The notes under the pieces were generated by a model. That model searched no databases and had not been told where the DNA came from. It saw nothing but the letters and a program-made list of their open reading frames with translations. Position numbers and translations under genes: made by a program. From NCBI GenBank assembly GCA_001643675.2, contig LSRY02000009.1, positions 1-64,000 of the forward strand: a DNA stretch of 64,000 bases, read 5' to 3'. This DNA is from Monocercomonoides exilis PA203. Its lineage: Eukaryota > Protista > Preaxostyla. How positions within the stretch are numbered: position 1 is the first letter of the stretch; each line of letters opens with the position of its first letter. Positions 51,700-63,801 of the stretch are shown here, in pieces.

Positions 51700-51742
51700 T
51701 AAAAGAAATTTTTTGATGAGCAAGAAAATGAAATGAATTTCT

Positions 51743-53150
51743 TTAAGCATTCACAAAATAATCATAAATATTCAAAGATAAACCAGCATTATATCTTTTG
51801 TAAAGAAATGAAACTATATCGTGAAAGCCAACTATAACGTCTTCGTATCCTTCTTCTTCCATCCTTTCAAATATCTTTCTTTTCAACTCTTTTCGTTTTG
51901 TTTCGTCCGTTTCTCCATCCGTCTTTTCTTTCAGTCTTTCTGAAATATTCAAAAAGAAATTCAAACTTTCCCCTATAAAATAATCATCCAAAGTTGATTG
52001 CTTCATTTCCTCCAAAAAAAGATCAACAGCACCTTCCTTCACAAAAGCATCAATTTCCATATTTCTCTTTTCTGCTGCTCTTCTTAATGAATAGAGGCAT
52101 CCATTGCAAATTTCTTTGTGATTGTCCCTCGATGAGCGAAATACTCGAACCATGCTCCCGAAAACCCCAACAAGTTCTCTGTTCCACAATTTGCACAAAG
52201 AAAAGAAATAATCAATAATATCGAACCATCTCCAGATAACAAGTGCTTCTTCCGTTTCTTTTCTTCTTTCTTCTTTTCCTTTCCCATCCAAATATTTTGT
52301 CGGATATTCCAGTTCATTTATTGCCTCTTTGATAAAATGCAGCTTATTCACTATCAAATCTTCCAAGCCTTTATTGTTGCGTAATCTGTTAACCAAAAAC
52401 CGCCAAGCAGACTGATAGGCTAGTCGTGTCAAATTGTGATGTTCCTGGTGATGTTGGATAATTTCTTTGATTTCATTCAAATACAGCTCATTTTTCACAC
52501 TCTTGGAAATTAGGAAAAAACCAAAAATATCAAAAAGGAAATAGAAATATTCACACATTATGCGACTCAATGCAACTCAAAGCCAGTAATGCCATTTCCG
52601 CTTCTTTTTGAGTTTCTTCATTTTCCTCCTTTGACAATGCGACTTTCAAAAGACAGCGCACACTTATTTCAGTCACTGTTTCTGGAAGGTCCATATATTC
52701 GTATTTTAATGAAAGATAACATTCACAAAGATCTGCCAGTCGCTTTTCGTTCTTTCCTTCATCATTCTCTTCATCAATCATCTCTTTAATTCCTCCTCTC
52801 AGCGAAGATTCTTCAAAGCTATAAATCGATACATACTTCAGTACATTGTTGAATCCAACATGCTTCAATAGCAAAATCATACTCTCTGAATGTGATTTCT
52901 TTTCTTCAAACATTCTGCATATTTTGTCAAACAGTTCTTTTGTGAAAACAGATTTAAATTCTTCCTCATTCATTCCATCAATCACCCCCTTCATTTCTTC
53001 TATTTTCTGTCTTTGTTCTTCCTCGTCGCAATCTCCAAGTTCGTCAAACAATTCTTCAATAAAAAACAAAGAAAAGTGCAATAAGCAAAAATTCACGTGC
53101 AATAACAATTGCAAACTATTGAACGTTTTTGTGTTGACTGTCTCCTGCAT
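51743..53150 (-). CDS. Repeated gene family, copy 4, intact (~429 aa, 3 exons)
   Basis: join(53150-53117, 53053-52557, 52501-51743). Same intron positions and phases as copy 3; ends YFVNA*. Confidence 0.82.
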
Positions 53151-55440
53151 TTTTTTAAAAAAATTAAATGTTCATGAAACAATAATATTTCAGCCATTCA
53201 TATTGAATTCGCATTTGATCGAATAGAAGAAACAGTTGAAAAATAAAAACAAAACAATCTAATAAAGTATGTGTGCTCATACTGTTTTTTCTTTTGTTGA
53301 CATTCCGGCCAAGCGAATATGGAGAAAAACAACGCTTTTTCGATTTTTCTTTATTTGTTATGGATTGAATGATCAAATTGATTTCTTTGAACGAGATTAT
53401 CCATTGGAAAGATGAGAGATTGGCAAAAGAATCTTTCCTGCAGAATAAATTGTATTATTTTGCATGCTAACGTCAATCACTTAAAAAACATTGCGAACGA
53501 TGAAATTCATTCTGTTTATTTTTGGAAATGGAAAGACAAACGAAATGCGAAAATTTAAATTTTGAATGAAAATACCAGCATGTGTGTATTTTGTATTTAT
53601 CTATATAATGTGAAGATATTTCTATCCGTATCCTTTCCAACGTGCAGGAATCAGACTTGTTGTTGAAATTGACAATCTTATCTTTGCAGAGCATGACTTT
53701 GAGAACGGACCCGATATTTTCGCTGCGATTGGAGATGAAAAGAATTTATAAAAAGACACTTTACCCTCGTCTTTGGACTATGTCGTCAAAGCATTGTCTG
53801 CTGGAGCAGAGAATGAGGTTGTGATGTTGGGAATATTTTCTGTAATAATATATTCGACATATGATATCTCGATAAGAACTTCTTCTTCTTCTTCATCGCC
53901 TTCGTCTAAGCTATCATTGTTTTCATATGTCACTCCTCGGCAAATGAAATTATATGTATTTTTTCCTTCTTGGTCATTATCTTCTTCGTGTTCTTCTTCT
54001 TCTTCTTCTTCTTTTTCTTCTTCTTCTTTGGTGATATCATCATTAGGCATTTGGTTCATTTGTGTTTTTTGAGGAATGTCACATGCATCTTTGCCTGAAC
54101 TGCTATTGGCAACGATCACCTTCTGGGCGACGATTGGAAGCCAGTTGTTGTTTGTGACATTCTCTGCTGTGTGAATGTTCCACAATCTTTTTGTTGGAGT
54201 TGTCAAACCACAATTCATGAATGGAAACTTGGGGATAACATTGAAACAAATGAAGCTGGAGAAAACCAACTTTTTTCTTTCGAAATCAAACATTTACCAA
54301 TAAATAGTTGTAATTGTTTGTTGCCCACCTGTTAAGTTTATTTTCTGAAAAAGTTACGTTTCATAAAATAAATCGAAAAGATATAATTATTATTTTTGTT
54401 TTCTTTTTAATGGGCAATGCGAGCTTTCTTTTTATCAGCAAAGTGAAGATCTTTTTAATGCGTTTTCTGTGTTGCTCTGAATCGAGAATCCATTGCTCAC
54501 CTGTTTATTTCAAAAAAGAAAGAAAGAAACATCATTCAACATTTGTGAATCGATTTTTTGATTCACTGTTTATTGGAGAAGTTGAAAAATTATCAACTCA
54601 CAGAAAAAGACGAGTTGGATAGTGAGGCAAAAAAGAATGACAAATAAGGGGAAGAGAGGCAAAGAAATGAACATGAAGGACAGTCACAGTTGAATGAGTC
54701 CTTTATTTGAGAAATCTTTCTCAAAGATTTTTGGAAGTTTGATTGATGTGATAAAACATGTCACTGAGATTGTTTTGTTCAAATGAATTGTTAGTGGAGA
54801 ATATCCTGAATAGCTTTTCTGGTCCAATCCAAAAGGAATCCAAACTTCTCTATGAAACCATTTTCATTTGTTCTTTGAATCTTTCCATCCTTTTTAAGCA
54901 ATCTTTCAACATAAGTCATTCAACAACAATGCGGGAAGTTTTTCTTTGAATTGCAACTTTTCTTTCTTTAATGGAACGTTATTTTTCTATGCAGGGCAAA
55001 GGCATGAGCAACTGTGAATGAGATTTCTGTTATTGAAGAGGAGAAAGGAGATGATCTTTTTTTGAGAACTAATTTTCAAAAAGTGAATTTGAAGATTGTT
55101 GATGTTCAATATTTTTGGTTGTGATAAAAGAAATGTCAAATACATTATGTGAGAAACATTGTTACTTTTTGAAAACAACAGAGGAAACTGAACGAGAAAC
55201 AAATAATCTCTGAGTGAGTCAAATTCTTGTTTGAGCATCCACATCAAAGAAGAAGTGGATCTTGTTGGGAAATGAGGATTTCTGATTTTCTGATCCAATT
55301 TCAAAGTTTCGGCTTTTGAAAAAAAACTCATCCCTAACAAAAGAAATACAATTTGGTGTTTTCGATTGCTTTGTTTTCTATCTTTTCAATCCAATTGGCA
55401 AGCTCAATAATACAACAGGTGATGAATATATAATGCGAAA

Positions 55441-55695
55441 TGAATGAATGAATGAAGGAATGAATGAATGAATGAAAGATAATTAAGTCACTGGAGAAGA
55501 GGATTGATCGACTTGTAAAAACAAATGAAGATCACTTTCTTTCAAAAGGAATCAAGATCGCTTGTAAAGAAGCATTTTCCAATGCTCCTGGCTTGTTCTT
55601 CTCGTCTCAAAGACAGAAGATGAACGAAAAGCATGCTCAACCAAAAATCAAATGGGAGTTATAAAATGGAATGAATGAATGAATGAATGAATGAA
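55441..55695. repeat. Two short (TGAA)n microsatellite tracts
   Basis: tgaatgaatgaa runs at ~55441-55475 and ~55670-55695. Confidence 0.7.
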
Positions 55696-56010
55696 ATAAT
55701 AAAACAATTGATCAGCAGATGTGTGGAAGCAAAGCTCCACAAGATTCTGCTTTGATCCTTCTCCAGAAAAAATGGTGTTGCAAAAGAACATATAATCAAA
55801 ACATTTCAAAAAACGCAAATGGCACAAACAACAACAACATAAAAGTGAAATCGAACAAAAAGTGAAGAAAACGGAAAATTCAAAGAAATTGACTATTTAT
55901 AAAAAATTAATAAATGCAAAAACAAAAATATACAAATGTGAAGAACAACAAAAATAATAAAATCTCTTCTCAGCTTTACAACTCGTCTTTGCTTCTGTTC
56001 TTTTCACCCA

Positions 56011-59000
56011 TCACTTTTTCGTCTTTTCACTCACGATCGTTGAAGAAGGGCGACTGTCCCTTGTTTGCCTGCCCTTCTCTTCTGACTCTTCTGACTCTTC
56101 TGATTCTTCGCAGCACATCGCATCTGTCATCGTCATCACCATCGCCTCAGCCGGGAACTTCCCAAAAAATGTTCGTTTCAGCTCCATCAGTGCGGGTCGC
56201 CCCTCAGCCTTTGCCGAAAGACAGCTCTGCATCACCCCAAACAAACCTGATTCCTCTGCCAGCTCCAGCTTCGGCCTCTCCCCATTCACAATCTTCTCCC
56301 CTGCAATCACCGCCTCATACTCCCCAAACGGAACATGAAGCGTCAAACACTCCCACAGCATCATCCCAATCGAGAATGCCACTGATTCCTTTGTCGCTCC
56401 CATCTTCTTGTTCATTTGCAGCTCTGGAGCCTTCCACCTCAAACACTCCTTTCTGAATCCTTCATCCTCCTCAAACGCTGACGAAGGTGGAGGCGAGTCT
56501 GTGAATCTCTCGCTCATCAACGAAATATTTGACGAAGAAGAAACAATACTCAATGAAGAGATTGAAGACGAATCTGAACTGTCATCAGAAGAACACTCTG
56601 AGTGCATCACAATGCAGATCACCATGTGCTCAGAGAATAATACAATGTGAGGACTCAAATTTTCCAAAGATGAAAGTGGATTTTCCATTTCATCAAATGA
56701 GTGCAGTGCTCCATTCACCACCCAGAACAAGACCTGTGCAGCTGTCATCTCCCTCTCTTGCAAACTCCCAATGGCCATCTCTTTCTTCTCGTTCCTTCCA
56801 TGCAACAACATGAACAATGAATCCCTCAGATCCACAATCAATTTCTCATGAGGCGATGAACAGGCCATTGCATCCACCAAGTTTGACATCGATGAAGTAG
56901 TTGGACACAAATCCTCCCCTCGAACAAATGTTGAATCTGAATCAGTTGAACAAGTGGTTGAAGTGGATGAGATGGATGGAGATGGGGTTCTCTTTCTTGT
57001 CTCTTCTTTCTCATCAACCTTTTCCAGCATCCACTCTGGAATCTTGTCTGAATCTCTTCCAAGGATGTATTCAGTCGATCCACTCTCAGAGAGAAGATGC
57101 TCCGATGATTCTGAATGTTGCATATTCGTATCATAAACTCTTTTCTTTATCCTCTCTTCATTCTTCTTCTCTGCCTCCCTCTCTGCTCTCCTCCACTGCT
57201 CCTCTGGTGACATCTCCATCGTCACCATCTCAAATACCTTCGGATCCTTTTTGATATTATCATCAACAATCTCTTGCAATTCTTCATTTCTTTCCTTCAC
57301 TTTCCTCCATCGAACAGCCAGAATAACAACAATTACAAGCAGAATCACAACAATAACAATGCAAACAATCAACAACCAATAAGTTTTCCCTTCTTTTCCT
57401 CCTTCAACCACTTTTTCATCTCCTGTTTTTGTTTCACTTTTGTTCTTCAGAATCTGTGGAGAAGTCTCTGTTAGTTGCTTCCCAAACAAAATCATCACAG
57501 ACACCTCTGTTTCATCTGAAGCCAATGAAATATTTTCTGAGGGAATTCTTCCAATCACTTCATTTTCTGATATGAAACTATCTTCCTCAAATGAATATGT
57601 CTCCACCAACTCCACATCCCCTGTTTCAAACGCAAGTCTGAATGACAAATCACATGGCACAAAAAGTGATCCCTTGAATTTGATAAAAAAGTTGCTACCA
57701 TTCTCATTCACAGAAACTTCTTCCAGTTTTGGAATGAAGAAAGGCGATGACCTTTCTCCTGCTATTCCACCAACGGTGCATCCGTCGTTAAGGATCCAAA
57801 GAGAAGTATTCTTCTCTTGTCCATCTCCTCCTTTCAAGCTGGTGATGGTCAATGAAGAAAAATCTGAGCAAACAATGTTTCTTCTCACTGATGGATATTT
57901 TTCTATGAATGGATTATTATTGAAGAATTCTCCTTTCTCAATTGTCACATTACCAGAAGATATGGATAATCCGCCTAATGAAGAATTCGAAATTGTTATG
58001 TATTTCATCACTAACGAAGAATTTGATGAATGAACAAGCGATCCATTCCATTGACAGATATCTGTTATTGCGTTCATATTCTCAGTTTCACTTTCATTCA
58101 TAAGCACTCCTTCAATCTCACACATGTGCATCGAAACATCCTTCATATCATACGCCTCAACAACACTTCCTTTGTCAGACAGAGAATTGCAATTTATGCA
58201 AGAACAGTTTGAAAACTCGAAATGGGCAAAGGTTGATGAAGCTGAGAGAACAGATGCTCCTTTTGAATTCCTTGAACAGTTGTTGAATGAGGAGATTCCA
58301 ATAGACACTGTTCCTGAAGTGGATCCTTGAATCGCAATGATGCAACCTTCAGATAAATTCACTCCATCTGCATCAATTCCATTTAACACAACTTCTTTGC
58401 ATTGTCCAATCTCAAACACATTTGAAATTGCTTCAACTTTTTCCAGTCTCACATTCATCAATGAAATCTCATCTCCACAAAACAGAAACAATGATTTCTT
58501 GAACAAAAGGAATGATATCGAGCAATTGTCAACATGAAGAATTCCATTTTCGATGCTCAGCAATGTTGAGTTTAGAATAACAGCTTCAATGTTTTCTGAT
58601 TGGCCAATCGAAGAAAAACCAACAAATGAAAGAGAGAGCTGACCATTTGTTTCATGGATAATAGAATTGCCTGAATACGAAAATGACTGCCCAATGTTGA
58701 ATCTCACACTTTCAATCCGAACATTCTCTGATGTTGTGATAAGATTTCCCACGTTGCCAGCAATTGTTGAATTCAAATGCACCAAAGCAGTTGAAGGAGA
58801 TTGAAGTGAGCGTATGATCACATCATGAGCATCACATATTCCAACAATTTCAGTTTCCTCTGATATCAACAGCTGTGAGTACAGAGATGGAATGATGTGC
58901 TGCACTCCAACACCCAATGACTCACAAGGAAAACGAAACTCTCCGCATTGCTTGCTGTCTTCCGAGTTTTCATCAGCAGAAGACACAAATATCGTCTCGC

Positions 59001-62000
59001 TCTGGTATTTCACCACTCTCAGCAGAAGATCTTCTTCCCCCACAAAAGAGTCTGTTGTGCAGCCCCATATCGCAAGCTCCTTCACAAATGGCGCTCTGAA
59101 ATCCAGCAAGAATTTCTCTTCAACAATTTGTGTTTCAATTGAGTGGCATCTCACATATGCATCTCTCCCTCTGAATGCAGAGTTGTCTTTGAATGTGATA
59201 TTTGACAGTACAAAATTCAGAGACTTCTCAGCTGTCGAGGTGCATTCCAGAAACATCCACCCACCTCTTCCCGTACTTGAACAGAAGCACTCAGAAATCG
59301 TGCAAAATGAGCAATCAAAGCTTCCTCCCTCATTCAGCACACAGAACATCCCTCCTCCTTTTCCACACCTCGTTCCACCACACTTCTTCATCGTTGTGTT
59401 TCGCATTACCATTTTTAAAGGGTCATCATTGGCATTTCGAATGATTGGTATATCATCGGTTGTGTTCTGGGTGACTTCTTCGAAAATACTCCATTCAATA
59501 ACAATATCTTGCTCCACTTCATTTTTATCTCTTCTTGAACTCTTTGATATCCTCAATCCACTTGCGCCTCCCAGATCGATTTGTTTCATCGTCAAATTTT
59601 TCACATTCAAAATCGTTGTTGACAAAACAGAAATAACATCCTTTGAAAAGCAAAGTAACTGCAATGTTACAAATTCCAATTGAACTGTTCCTCCATCTGC
59701 CTTTATTAGCCCATAATTCATTATTTCTTCATTATTTTCTTCATTTTTTGAGAACGAGCAGTTTTTCAGAGTCAACAATCCCTCTCTTGAGCCAACATGC
59801 ATCAAATAACTGACTCCACTTGTGAATGAAGATGGAATCACAAAGTTAATAAATTCAAAATTTGTAATTCCTAAAATCTTCATTGCTGCATCTTCTGCTC
59901 CTTCAAGCGAAAACTGACATCCCAAAGAGCATTCTCCTGTGTAATCTGATTTTATTGATATATCGCTGAGTTTAACCCTTTTCTTTAAAACTCCTTTTCC
60001 AATGATGTTAATGATCCTTTCATTTCCTTCAGGCAATCGACCCAAACAATAATCAATTGAAAGACAAGGATAATCTGAAAACCCACATGCACCCATATCT
60101 TTTCCTTTGTCTCCAATAAATACCTGTGCACCAAGCAAAAGCCAAAAATAGATCAATGGAACAGCATTCGTTGAATCACTCCCATCAAAGCCTCTCATAG
60201 AATTTAAGGAAATATCTGCCAGATGCTCAGACACAAATGGAAGAGAGGTGTTTGTGATGCTCTTTGTCAAGTTCAATGATTCAACAAACAGGTCATTTCC
60301 ATATTTTGCAACATTTGGCTTGTCTGCCTCAAAAGCAGGTGATGAGATCACAAACGAAGAAAAGCTATCGATCAACTCCAGTGCCATCCCTCCTCCAAAT
60401 CCAGTCTTTCCTTCTCCAGCTGGTGCTGTGCATCCTGCGAATGTGCATGAAACAATATCCAAATGCGTATTTCCTTTCAACTGGGCATTGATTGCCCCTC
60501 CTCTGCTTTCATCATCCATCACAGAACATCCATCAAAAACACATTCTTCGATATTAATTTTTGTATTTGTATTTTCGTTGTTACCATTATCGATGCTCAC
60601 ACAGCTTCCACTTCCAGCTGCTCTTTCGATTTCTGTGAAATTGCTGTTCGTCATGTTCAACCATTTGGTGTTCATCAACTCGCTATTTATTTCACTTCCA
60701 GGCAAAGAGATCAGCGGATTTTCGATCAAGGTGATTGATGAAGCTGAAAACGAATCAATAGCTAAGGATCCAGACTCAAAAGATAAGAATGGACATGCCA
60801 ATTCTGATGATGGATTTTGAAGAGAAACAGAACAGTGAGACAGAGTCAACGAAGAAGACAAACAAGAAATAAAAGTGGAGTGTGATGAAAGAGAAGACGG
60901 AAGAGAGAAGATAAGTTTTGACAATGCTGTTTCAAAACTTGCTGTTATCATTGCGGAGTTTGATGTTTCACTTGAATTGGACACTGTCCAGCCACTTTGA
61001 TCATCATTTCCTTTGATTTCGTGTTTCTGATCAGCAAAGGCTAATTCATCACTCATCAAAATCATTCCACTCACAGTCACTTTCTTTGGCCCTATTTGAC
61101 GTTTGATGGAGTGCTTCAAAGTCAAACAAGGGAATTGAACAATTCCACAATGTGAGTGATCTGACGCATCAGAATTGCTCACAAAGATTTCTTCTGGGTT
61201 GAGGAGATAGATGCACAGAGGAATGGTCACACTGGCGTTTCCATTGTCGTATCCTCGCATTTTGTCAAGAGAATCCAATGAATCTGTCACGCAAGTGATT
61301 TTTTGTGATTTTGCAGTCACTTCAAGGTTTGGAGAAAGAACAAAGATATCTTTTCCCCACTTAGCAGTGTTTGTTCCAAAAGAAGAGGAAATCAGGAAAT
61401 TTGGATTTTCATTCAATAATCGAAGAAGAATTCCTCCGCCAAGACCATTGGTTGTTGAACAAAAGCACCCATCAAAAGATCCACCATTCACTTTCACTTC
61501 ATTTTCGCTCCCAACACACAGCATCATAGATCCCCCATTTTCTGAACTTGTGCTTCCGCATCCTTCAAAAGTGCAAGAATCCAGATCGATGTTAATCTTA
61601 TCGTTGGAAAATGACATCACAGCTGCTCCGCTTGTTGTTCTTTCAATTCCATCAAAGGTGCATTCTGAAAGCATCAACGTCACTTCATTTGTTGAAGAAA
61701 GCGAAATCAGCGAAGTTGTTGAGATAGTCTTTGCCCAGTTCACATGTTCCATTTGCAACACCCCATTCTGAACATTTATCAGCTCTGTGGTGAATGCTGT
61801 TTCTGTTGAGTGTCCGCTTCCAACAGATATGTTCAGCCCTCTTATATGCATCTCTCCCGTTCCAGTGATCTCAAACATCCTCGAAGCTCGATTATTTGCA
61901 TGTGCTGAGTCATGCACAAGAACAAAGTCTCTGACAATCAAGGTGCCTGTTGAGACAGAAAAAAGAAGCAAACTACCGGACTCTAGTTCTGTTTGAATTG

Positions 62001-63801
62001 TTGAACTCAAATCACTTTGGCCATAAACAGTAAAACTGTCTGCTCCACAATTAAAACTATTTGTTTCGATTATTGTTCCTGTGAGTATTTCGATATCAGT
62101 CACATATTCAGGAATTAGTTGGGTCAAACAATGGCTGATGGTGCTGCATGGATGAGACTCATTTATTCCGCACGAATATGTGTCAATGGCATTCGGCTGC
62201 GTTTCAGTCGAAGACACAAATCTGATTCTTCCGCCAATATTATGAAGCCATTCACTTTTGTCAACAAAAGAAGACGTATATACGCTAACTCTGTTTGTTG
62301 TTTGCCTTGTTGAATAGCAACTTGGATCAATGTTGTTTGCTGTTGAACTTTGAAGAAAAATATCATGACCATATTTTTCGCAGGTGTTATTGTGAAAAAA
62401 ACAGAAGAAAAGCAAAATTCCATCATTATTTGTATTAATTAACACCCCGATAGCGCCTCCTCCACACATTGAATAACAATGACAAAATAGACAATTTGAG
62501 ATAATAACTTGATCAGTGCAATCCCAATGTTCAATTGCTCCTCCCCAAGAATTTGAAGAGTTATATGCACAACATTTTATAAAAAATGAATTAATAATGC
62601 ATTTCTTCTGCCTCTGAGTTTTCGTTGGACGCAGATCAATTGCCCCTCCGTCATTTCCTGAAGAACAATTTTGAAAAGAACAATCATCAACCATTGATTG
62701 CACATACACAAACTCTGCCATAATTCCTCCTCCTCCAAAGTCCGAGGCGACTTGTGCTGAGCATTGAGAAAATAATGAATGAAGAACAATGCATTCAGCG
62801 ATTTTCAAAGCATATATTGCTCCACCTCTTGTTGAAGAAATACATCTCGTAAATGATGAATTTTCAACAGTGAGAATAGCATTTGCATTGTCATGAACAT
62901 AAAGTGCACCTCCTTGTGGCGCTGTGCAATCAACCCATTCGCACAATGAAAACGATTGGCCTTCTGTTGTGTCCATTCGTTGTTTTCTTTCAAGAGCATT
63001 TGTTTCTCTTTTTCCGTAGAATGTGGTTGTGTTTTTGCAGACAAATTCTTGTGAAGAAAAAGATCCACTTGAAATTCCTCCTTCAAAAGCATTCACGCAT
63101 GCATAAATGAGGCAATTCTCCATATAACTTCGAAAACATGAATGCTCCATGTAATAATCACTTTTCTTGCCAGATTTTGCAGACATGTTCCTGAAAGCGC
63201 AGTCATTGATCTGTTCGCTGTGGCTCTTCCCTGAAACAAGAAAATTGTCTGAGGATGATACAGCCAGATCCGAAATGATGGAATTTCTCAAAACCACTGA
63301 ATTCGAGTCATCTGATGAAAATACGAGGCTGGATGAATAAACATTCTTTTGGGATAATATACTCATGTTTGTGAGGATGATTGACCCACTTTGCAAATAA
63401 AACGGAGATACTAATTTTTGGTGGGAAATGCAGGAATCCAGCATTCCCCTCGACTTTTCCGCTATAAGCATAAATTGTGAGGAAGAATGTTCAATCGCCA
63501 CATTTTTCAGTTTTGCTGAAGAGTTGAATAATCTCAAAAATGAAACAATTGTTGTTGAAGTGACTTGTTGAAATCCTTTGGTTTCGCAAAATGTGTTCTT
63601 CGTTTCTTTATTTTTTGATTCTCTGTTTTCCAGAAAATGAACATCGTTTGAATTGCCTCCCTTAGAATAAACAGGGCCATTATGCAATTGAGAAATAAAG
63701 CGAGTATGTTGGCTTTCGAAAAAATATACTTGTGTGGCATCATGCAACATTAATTTCCCGGCAAAAAGCAAACATGTGAAAAGAAATAGATGCATGCTCA
63801 T
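56011..63801 (-). CDS. Single-pass receptor-like surface protein (2596 aa): beta-helix-like Cys-rich ectodomain, TM helix, degenerate TKL-type kinase domain
   Basis: Intronless ORF with signal peptide; recurring GGA[IL]/FxxC motifs and CGxxxxPC modules. TM WLLIVCIVIVVILLVIVVILAV at ~57313-57378 followed by RWRK. Kinase C-lobe motifs LRWKAPE, FSIGMMLWE, VPF, GERP, RP. Confidence 0.88.
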   Translation of the reverse strand: MSMHLFLFTCLLFAGKLMLHDATQVYFFESQHTRFISQLHNGPVYSKGGNSNDVHFLENRESKNKETKNTFCETKGFQQVTSTTIVSFLRLFNSSAKLKNVAIEHSSSQFMLIAEKSRGMLDSCISHQKLVSPFYLQSGSIILTNMSILSQKNVYSSSLVFSSDDSNSVVLRNSIISDLAVSSSDNFLVSGKSHSEQINDCAFRNMSAKSGKKSDYYMEHSCFRSYMENCLIYACVNAFEGGISSGSFSSQEFVCKNTTTFYGKRETNALERKQRMDTTEGQSFSLCEWVDCTAPQGGALYVHDNANAILTVENSSFTRCISSTRGGAIYALKIAECIVLHSLFSQCSAQVASDFGGGGIMAEFVYVQSMVDDCSFQNCSSGNDGGAIDLRPTKTQRQKKCIINSFFIKCCAYNSSNSWGGAIEHWDCTDQVIISNCLFCHCYSMCGGGAIGVLINTNNDGILLFFCFFHNNTCEKYGHDIFLQSSTANNIDPSCYSTRQTTNRVSVYTSSFVDKSEWLHNIGGRIRFVSSTETQPNAIDTYSCGINESHPCSTISHCLTQLIPEYVTDIEILTGTIIETNSFNCGADSFTVYGQSDLSSTIQTELESGSLLLFSVSTGTLIVRDFVLVHDSAHANNRASRMFEITGTGEMHIRGLNISVGSGHSTETAFTTELINVQNGVLQMEHVNWAKTISTTSLISLSSTNEVTLMLSECTFDGIERTTSGAAVMSFSNDKINIDLDSCTFEGCGSTSSENGGSMMLCVGSENEVKVNGGSFDGCFCSTTNGLGGGILLRLLNENPNFLISSSFGTNTAKWGKDIFVLSPNLEVTAKSQKITCVTDSLDSLDKMRGYDNGNASVTIPLCIYLLNPEEIFVSNSDASDHSHCGIVQFPCLTLKHSIKRQIGPKKVTVSGMILMSDELAFADQKHEIKGNDDQSGWTVSNSSETSNSAMITASFETALSKLIFSLPSSLSSHSTFISCLSSSLTLSHCSVSLQNPSSELACPFLSFESGSLAIDSFSASSITLIENPLISLPGSEINSELMNTKWLNMTNSNFTEIERAAGSGSCVSIDNGNNENTNTKINIEECVFDGCSVMDDESRGGAINAQLKGNTHLDIVSCTFAGCTAPAGEGKTGFGGGMALELIDSFSSFVISSPAFEADKPNVAKYGNDLFVESLNLTKSITNTSLPFVSEHLADISLNSMRGFDGSDSTNAVPLIYFWLLLGAQVFIGDKGKDMGACGFSDYPCLSIDYCLGRLPEGNERIINIIGKGVLKKRVKLSDISIKSDYTGECSLGCQFSLEGAEDAAMKILGITNFEFINFVIPSSFTSGVSYLMHVGSREGLLTLKNCSFSKNEENNEEIMNYGLIKADGGTVQLEFVTLQLLCFSKDVISVLSTTILNVKNLTMKQIDLGGASGLRISKSSRRDKNEVEQDIVIEWSIFEEVTQNTTDDIPIIRNANDDPLKMVMRNTTMKKCGGTRCGKGGGMFCVLNEGGSFDCSFCTISECFCSSTGRGGWMFLECTSTAEKSLNFVLSNITFKDNSAFRGRDAYVRCHSIETQIVEEKFLLDFRAPFVKELAIWGCTTDSFVGEEDLLLRVVKYQSETIFVSSADENSEDSKQCGEFRFPCESLGVGVQHIIPSLYSQLLISEETEIVGICDAHDVIIRSLQSPSTALVHLNSTIAGNVGNLITTSENVRIESVRFNIGQSFSYSGNSIIHETNGQLSLSFVGFSSIGQSENIEAVILNSTLLSIENGILHVDNCSISFLLFKKSLFLFCGDEISLMNVRLEKVEAISNVFEIGQCKEVVLNGIDADGVNLSEGCIIAIQGSTSGTVSIGISSFNNCSRNSKGASVLSASSTFAHFEFSNCSCINCNSLSDKGSVVEAYDMKDVSMHMCEIEGVLMNESETENMNAITDICQWNGSLVHSSNSSLVMKYITISNSSLGGLSISSGNVTIEKGEFFNNNPFIEKYPSVRRNIVCSDFSSLTITSLKGGDGQEKNTSLWILNDGCTVGGIAGERSSPFFIPKLEEVSVNENGSNFFIKFKGSLFVPCDLSFRLAFETGDVELVETYSFEEDSFISENEVIGRIPSENISLASDETEVSVMILFGKQLTETSPQILKNKSETKTGDEKVVEGGKEGKTYWLLIVCIVIVVILLVIVVILAVRWRKVKERNEELQEIVDDNIKKDPKVFEMVTMEMSPEEQWRRAEREAEKKNEERIKKRVYDTNMQHSESSEHLLSESGSTEYILGRDSDKIPEWMLEKVDEKEETRKRTPSPSISSTSTTCSTDSDSTFVRGEDLCPTTSSMSNLVDAMACSSPHEKLIVDLRDSLFMLLHGRNEKKEMAIGSLQEREMTAAQVLFWVVNGALHSFDEMENPLSSLENLSPHIVLFSEHMVICIVMHSECSSDDSSDSSSISSLSIVSSSSNISLMSERFTDSPPPSSAFEEDEGFRKECLRWKAPELQMNKKMGATKESVAFSIGMMLWECLTLHVPFGEYEAVIAGEKIVNGERPKLELAEESGLFGVMQSCLSAKAEGRPALMELKRTFFGKFPAEAMVMTMTDAMCCEESEESEESEEKGRQTRDSRPSSTIVSEKTKK

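Noticed and set aside
53473-54293. 171-aa acidic ORF and neighbours
   Set aside because: Low complexity and fragmentary with no recognisable domain; likely a remnant.
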